Positions 18,906-21,035 of a stretch of 21,035 nt of DNA are shown here, piece by piece. This stretch comes from Natator depressus (taxonomy: Eukaryota). The stretch's first letter is position 1; each line of letters begins with the position of its first letter. The notes beneath the pieces were generated by a model. It did no database searches. It saw only the letters and a list, made by a program, of their open reading frames with translations, and had not been told where the DNA came from. Made by a program: the position numbers and the translations under genes. The stretch covers positions 64,001 to 85,035 of the forward strand of contig NW_027439781.1 in assembly GCF_965152275.1 (NCBI RefSeq), given 5' to 3'.

Positions 18906-19269
18906 GTGGCGCAGAGCGGGAAGAACAAATGTCCGCTGCCCCTTTAAGATCCCCGGGACTCTTACGCCCCACCCCCCACGGCCCTGTTGGGCTGTACCAA
19001 GCTGTCCTGGGGGGGGAGGGCGGTGGCGGGAACGGGGTTTGCGAGGGCGGGGGGATAGTGAGCCCCATTCGGGAGGAACCGTTTCATCTGAGGGGGTTTC
19101 ACCCTCCTCTTAGGGACGAGGGGGTGTCACACTCCAGCCCCCAGTTGGTTCAGTCCGGGATGTTCCATTCTCCCCCCTTGCTGTGGCCGGGTTGGCGTCG
19201 CTCAGGTTCAGCCATAGAGCACCTGACGGGCTGCTGGCTAGAGCGGCCCTGCCCTGACCCGTCCGGGGA

Positions 19270-19310
19270 AGGCCGCCATTTTGAATTCGTCGCAACTTCC
19301 GGGTTCCGGC
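19270..19310 (-). promoter_or_regulatory. CDIPT: Candidate core promoter of CDIPT (possibly bidirectional). It has the YY1 motif GCCGCCATTTTG (19272-19283) and two ETS/GABP-type motifs ACTTCCGGG and GTTCCGG (19295-19309).
   Basis: Motifs seen directly. This is the typical TATA-less housekeeping promoter grammar. It lies about 0.7 kb 5' of the CDIPT ATG on the gene's side. I cannot confirm the transcription start or the 5'-UTR exon boundaries. Confidence 0.3.
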
Positions 19311-19379
19311 ACTCCAAATCATGTGACACCCAGTTACCCAATCGGGGCAGAGATGCATGAAGTGATGCTCGCAAAGAAC

Positions 19380-19875
19380 TTCCCAGGATCCCCTGGGGCC
19401 GGCCTGGCCCGTTTCCCAGAATGCCCCGGGGCCGGCCTGGCCCGTTTCCCACAATCCCCCAGGCCCATCTTGGCCCATTTCCCACAATCCCCCGGGGCCG
19501 GCCTCGCCCGTTTCCCACAATCCCCCAGGCCTGTCCTGGTCCGTTTCCCACAATCCCCTGGGAACGGCTTGGCCTGTTTCCCAGAATGCCCGGCGGCCGG
19601 CCTGTCCTGTTTCCCAGAATCCCCCAGGCCCGTCCTGGCCCATTTCCAGAATGCCCCGGGGCTGGCCTGGCCCATTTCCCAGAATGCCCGGGGCCTGCCT
19701 GGCCCATTTCCCACAATCCCCCAGGCTGTCCGGGCCCATTTCCCACAATTCCCCGGGGCCAGCCTGGCCCGTTTCCCAGAATGCCCCGGGCCCAGCCTGG
19801 CCCGTTTCCCACAATCCCCCAGGTCCGGACTGGCCCGTTTCCCAGAATGCCCTGGGCCCGGCCTGGCTGACCTCC
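19380..19875. repeat. 33-bp minisatellite, about 15 copies, unit GGCCCGTTTCCCAGAATGCCCCGGGGCCGGCCT with CACAATCCCCCAGGCC variants.
   Basis: Periodicity seen directly. It explains ORFs 19281-20093 (+), 19110-19916 (-) and 19150-20001 (-). Confidence 0.85.
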
Positions 19876-20089
19876 AGGATCCCCTGGGGCGGCCGGACGA
19901 GGCCGGGGCGGCCCAAGGGCGTCGGCAGCCTGGCCAGGGTCCTGGGAGAGGGTCTCCGAGGCCTGCTTCCCCCCCACGCTACACCCCAGCGGCGGCTGCA
20001 TTTCAGCCGTGGGGGCGGTTGCGGCGGACAGACCGGGGGGGCCCGGGTTTATTACACTCGAGGCCCCTGCCGGGGGGTGCGGGGCAGGG

Positions 20090-20227
20090 CTAGGCGGTGG
20101 CCTTGGCCACGGTCTCTGATTGGTCGGTGTCGCTGTCTGACTTCTCGCAGGAGGGCCGGTCCCGACGGGTCACTTTGCTCAGGAATTTGCCAGGCCCCCC
20201 TTGGCGAGAGGGGCAGTGGATCAGGGG
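20090..20227 (-). CDS. Terminal coding exon of an unidentified minus-strand gene, PLIHCPSRQGGPGKFLSKVTRRDRPSCEKSDSDTDQSETVAKATA*, with stop TAG at 20090-20092.
   Basis: Acceptor ctgccccacag (minus strand) at 20228-20238, phase 0. The reading frame is non-repetitive and of ordinary composition, running to a stop. It joins in frame to the upstream exon at 20532-20615. By human synteny the gene 5' of CDIPT on this strand would be SEZ6L2, but I cannot confirm identity from memory. Confidence 0.45.
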   Translation of the reverse strand, partial: PLIHCPSRQGGPGKFLSKVTRRDRPSCEKSDSDTDQSETVAKATA

Positions 20228-20531
20228 CTGTGGGGCAGATGAGGGGAAGGGGTGAGAACAGAGAGCCCCCAGAGGGAACTGCCCCCCCCAAACACACACC
20301 AAGGCCTGGCCCGCCCACTGCCCACTAGCCCCTCCCACTGCCCTCTAGCTCCTCCTCCCCTTGCTCACAGCCCCTCCCACATGCCCTATACCCCTCCCAC
20401 TTCCCCATTAACCCCGCCCACTTTTGCACTATCCCTGCCCATGGCTGTCTAGCCCCTCCCACGTCCTTTTAGCCCCTCCCATGGCCCCCCTTGCCCTCTC
20501 TCCTCTGCAGTGTGGGGCTGCGGGGGGTTAC

Positions 20532-20615
20532 CTGGATGGTGCTGCGCTCCTGCTCTGAGACCAGGGGGACAGACCCTCCAGGCCGCCAGACGGGAGCGCC
20601 GGGGGAGCGGCGCCG
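20532..20615 (-). CDS. Penultimate exon of the same unidentified gene, RRRSPGAPVWRPGGSVPLVSEQERSTIQ, with donor CCAG|GTAACC. The 5' boundary is uncertain; an acceptor tttgtgacccag is possible, or the exon may extend upstream as ...MMGGAFVTQ.
   Basis: Clean GT donor, in-frame phase-0 junction to the terminal exon, non-repetitive sequence. Confidence 0.4.
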
Positions 20616-20754
20616 CTGGGTCACAAAGGCCCCCCCCATCATGGTCCTCCAGCCGCACGGCCTCCACCTGGGGGGACATGTCAGCCAGATGGGGCAGCGG
20701 GGGCGGGGGGCAGAACTGACGGGCAGGTGGGGGCTGAGTCGGGGGAGGAGGTTA

Positions 20755-21035
20755 GAATCATAGAAGCTCAGGGTTGGAAGAGACCTCGGGAGGTATCTAG
20801 TCCTACCCCCTGCCCAGAGCAGGACCAACCCCAAACTAAATCATCCCAGCCAGGGCATTGTCAAGCCGGGCCTTAAACACCTCTAAGGATGGAGATTCCA
20901 CCACCTCCCTGGGGAACCCATTCAGTGCTTCCCCACCCTCCTAGTGAAATCGTGTTTCCTCATATCCAACCTAGACCTCCCCCAGTGCAACTAGAGACCA
21001 TTGCTCCTCGTTCTGTCATCTGCCACCACTGAGAA
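20755..21035. mobile_element. Fragment of an abundant reptile/turtle-type interspersed repeat (TCATAGAAGCTCAGGGTTGGAAGAGACCTC...TAGTCC.ACCCCCTGC.CAGAGCAGGACCAA.CCCAACTAAATCATCCCAGCCAGGGC.TTGTCAAGCC.G.CCTTAAA.ACCTCTAAGGA.GGAGATTCCACCACCTCCCT.GG.AACCCATTCAGTGCTTC.CCACCCTCCTAGTGAAA...). It is truncated by the window end.
   Basis: I recognise this family from recall only, as very common in testudine (and related) genomes. There is no tandem structure. It begins abruptly after a GC-rich unique segment. Confidence 0.5.

Noticed and set aside
18041-19360. 439-aa + strand ORF (and 19281-20093 on +, 19110-19916 and 19150-20001 on -).
   Set aside because: These are translations of the 34-bp CCAAT minisatellite and the 33-bp minisatellite, giving Pro/Gly/Ala-rich periodic peptides. 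They run antisense across the CDIPT start exon.

Overview
This window is vertebrate nuclear DNA: GC-rich, genes with spliced exons, and no prokaryotic architecture. It is orthologous to the human 16p11.2 segment MAZ - PRRT2 - CDIPT. The interspersed repeat at the 3' end suggests a turtle or other reptile-type genome. I could reconstruct three genes from splice sites and protein similarity. (1) The two alternative 3' coding exons of MAZ on the + strand: a zinc-finger exon at 1374-1585 and the canonical poly-Ala exon at 2268-2386. (2) PRRT2 on the + strand: a non-coding exon 1 with a GC-box promoter ending at 5031, the large coding exon at 5560-6123, the transmembrane/CD225 exon at 7079-7219, and a possible terminal micro-exon at 10722. 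(3) A complete six-exon CDIPT on the - strand (18558 down to 13553). The 3' end of a further minus-strand gene lies at 20090-20615; by position it could be SEZ6L2, but I could not identify it. Roughly 40% of the window is tandem minisatellite DNA, made up of at least a dozen unrelated families with units of 21-63 bp. Several families occur at two loci. Whole introns (PRRT2 intron 2, CDIPT intron 5) consist of these arrays. Most long ORFs in the six-frame track are translations of these repeats and are not genes. PAGR1 and MVP, which lie between PRRT2 and CDIPT in human, are absent from the 6.3-kb interval here. I found no CRISPR, operon or defence-system signal, and I do not think this window contains a prokaryote-type system.
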